A stretch of 63,156 nucleotides of DNA, filler included, from Fonticula-like sp. SCN 57-25 (Eukaryota), in the NCBI GenBank assembly GCA_001724245.1. It is 12 parts of 12 records of this genome, joined end to end, with 100 filler letters (N's around TTAATTAATTAA, not from the genome) between each part and the next. Parts side by side here need not be neighbours in the genome. Positions count along the whole stretch, not along the records: positions 58,052 to 63,156 come from MEDX01000627.1; 11 more parts are not named here. One strand, written 5' to 3'. The position numbers were made by a program, and so were the translations under genes. Numbering within the stretch: position 1 is the first letter of the stretch; the number at the start of each line of letters is the position of its first letter. Of the stretch, positions 62,401 through 63,156 are shown in pieces. The notes under the pieces were generated by a model that had not been told where the DNA came from, ran no database searches, and saw only the letters and a list, made by a program, of their open reading frames with translations.

Positions 62401-62862
62401 AGAAGAAAGAGCAAGCGACATTACAAGCGACATGTCGGAAGAAAGCAGGCGAGTCACGTCCGACCGCGCCGTAAAGATGGACAGCAGGCAGCGCGCGATC
62501 AGCTCTTTGACGGGCTCGTCGCTCACGTCCGCTCGTTGGGCCGTGCGCGCAAGCGAAGCTACAAGGTCTACCAGCAGTACGTCGGCTTGCGGAATGACAG
62601 CGCCGCTCTCAAATAGAACAGAGAGAACACCGAGAACTTGCTCCACCTCGCCTTCCCGCGCGCCAGCGTCGCGCAGCAGCATGACCAAGGGAAACAGCAC
62701 ATAATCGCCAAGTCCCCGAACAACATCGGGCTCATACGCTCTCAATTCAGACTCTAGTGCCTTTAAACTACCTCGCCCGTCTATTGAGCGGTCCAGCAGC
62801 GACACTGTGTGTGGCTTGATGGCCCTGAACAGCTCGCGCTGCCGCTGCTCAAAAGCCATCAT
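59464..62862 (-). CDS. TTI1: TELO2-interacting protein 1 (TTI1), intronless HEAT protein
   Basis: LFRAIKP, LGDYVLFPL, VLPGIVT, VRDRAWLDKT, LYPLL, DYI...IS and LRPLLHSMWGSIVRRL. Confidence 0.88.
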   Translation of the reverse strand: MMAFEQRQRELFRAIKPHTVSLLDRSIDGRGSLKALESELRAYEPDVVRGLGDYVLFPLVMLLRDAGAREGEVEQVLGVLSVLFESGAVIPQADVLLVDLVASLARTAQRADVSDEPVKELIARCLLSIFTARSDVTRLLSSDMSLVMSLALSSLLDVASGSASIAARVSSLDASRAWLDLIATHAPDRVLAVLPGIVTSCASILRRDDKTPQRILVGSLSLLEAALLSTLSDALNEPILPPPPPSSSADFGAFFASLRADATPTSSERALEKASPSPAKADDRRRGPPPPAVRDRAWLDKTSERIGNVLNHILPPLTLHSSESVRAAVAHLASAVMCECALSVGGVSVSRLADALVSLSADDGGRLLNATAERLRARGFVFADVVAGLLSSRISSLFKTILAAAHDDAKLLAIRCAAGYLELAGDLARPAVTVAVMDSAVDILDALQMRQKYHMTIVAEVPPSLAESGASAGDVGALLARMPSVRFRHIGADAAGVALLKDVVQRIGAVADVDSLVDHFVGFFSGAHADAALLFCAHLVAGAHGSPRGAASQCAYQLLDAALRSPAWESREADDDGERLVALLRAVAVSALCVDAAVLEVQLLRCLYPLLCCAQDAHPRVVIAAQCALEAVAFAAGARDPAAVILDRVDYIAHAISTRVGHVTRASGQSALAVMCAALRTAGLRVAPFLEDAVRDLLDVLDEQHAQTDVPLMVIVPLNAYVAVVGAHFETLAAQQQQQNMKKDQVDQMQSESDDEEEIGDAARGFAAHHRKRAMAADTPEDDQAAVADAMASDDSSDPLKLLSAVDRRLYATVKYLVERMSALLSAPSAKLQGAVLALVRASLPVLGVSRTELRPLLHSMWGSIVRRLDASDGGASADEAAISFLHHLLLQEDDFFHSRVETDVLPRVMSRLPSLLANIDGQSAIDTFSAPFRLAAAMLRFLTALFDAPWFAPTYETLGRYADAAVPALDDRAARALQQLALDYYHALARHDADFVWAFAQRLAASDALAVLYAGAAAAGKGSRTIQYSEAAAVTQSAADHAQKATAGVAGLLLDVGQGMERGKVSRAVVQRKAEQRVDPKMIEEALRVPRSKEPAVYWSLLPSKWARTLTGRLHGNARAISERLERQFCN

Positions 62863-63156
62863 CAAAGACTGCAAACTACCTTGCAAATCGCAAACTGCAA
62901 ACTTTATGTATGTTGGGAAAGAGTACCGCGGCTTGATAATGCACTGCACAGTTTAGAAGCAGCGGCAAAATAATATGGTTAGTACTGGACAGTGCAGTGG
63001 CAGTGTATGTTGGACAGCCCTGTATATGTACCCACGCCGAGGCATACTCAAAATATCGAAAAAAAAAATATTGCCTGCAGCATCGAGTATTCCGGCGTGG
63101 TCACCCTCCGCTGTACTGACTCGACCAGCACGCGCTTGATTTTCGTGAGCGAGACG

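Noticed and set aside
62975-63156. Possible start of a plus-strand gene divergent from TTI1
   Set aside because: One plausible intron, but only about 43 codons and no recognisable motif before the window ends.

Overview
This is not one locus. It is 12 unrelated eukaryotic contigs of about 5.1 kb each (one is 5.7 kb), concatenated with artificial 100-nt spacers (44 N + TTAATTAATTAA + 44 N), so adjacency means something only within a contig. Most contigs look like a compact, GC-rich, intron-rich unicellular opisthokont: short GT[A/G/T]CG[C/T]...AG introns, head-to-head genes with CCAAT/CRE promoters, and Kibra-like, PPM1E/F-like, Tuba-like, INPP4, EBP/HSD17B7 and Pos5-like genes. Contig 2 (5240-10373) differs in composition and may come from another organism. 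I reconstructed about 35 spliced genes by hand plus one tRNA-Glu. The strongest novel candidate is hidden by splicing and missing from the ORF track: a five-exon gene (55214-57209) encoding signal peptide + laminin-type EGF + transmembrane helix + PPM1E/F-like PP2C, i.e. a receptor-like Ser/Thr phosphatase. Other points of interest: an INPP4 gene with no in-frame AUG; a frameshifted citrate synthase exon that a new intron could rescue; a transposase-derived DNA-binding protein; a giant unassigned P-loop NTPase; an FPPS-EBP divergent sterol pair with phased CCAAT/SRE-like boxes; and a tRNA gene with encoded CCA. All family assignments are from motif recognition by eye; no searches were run.
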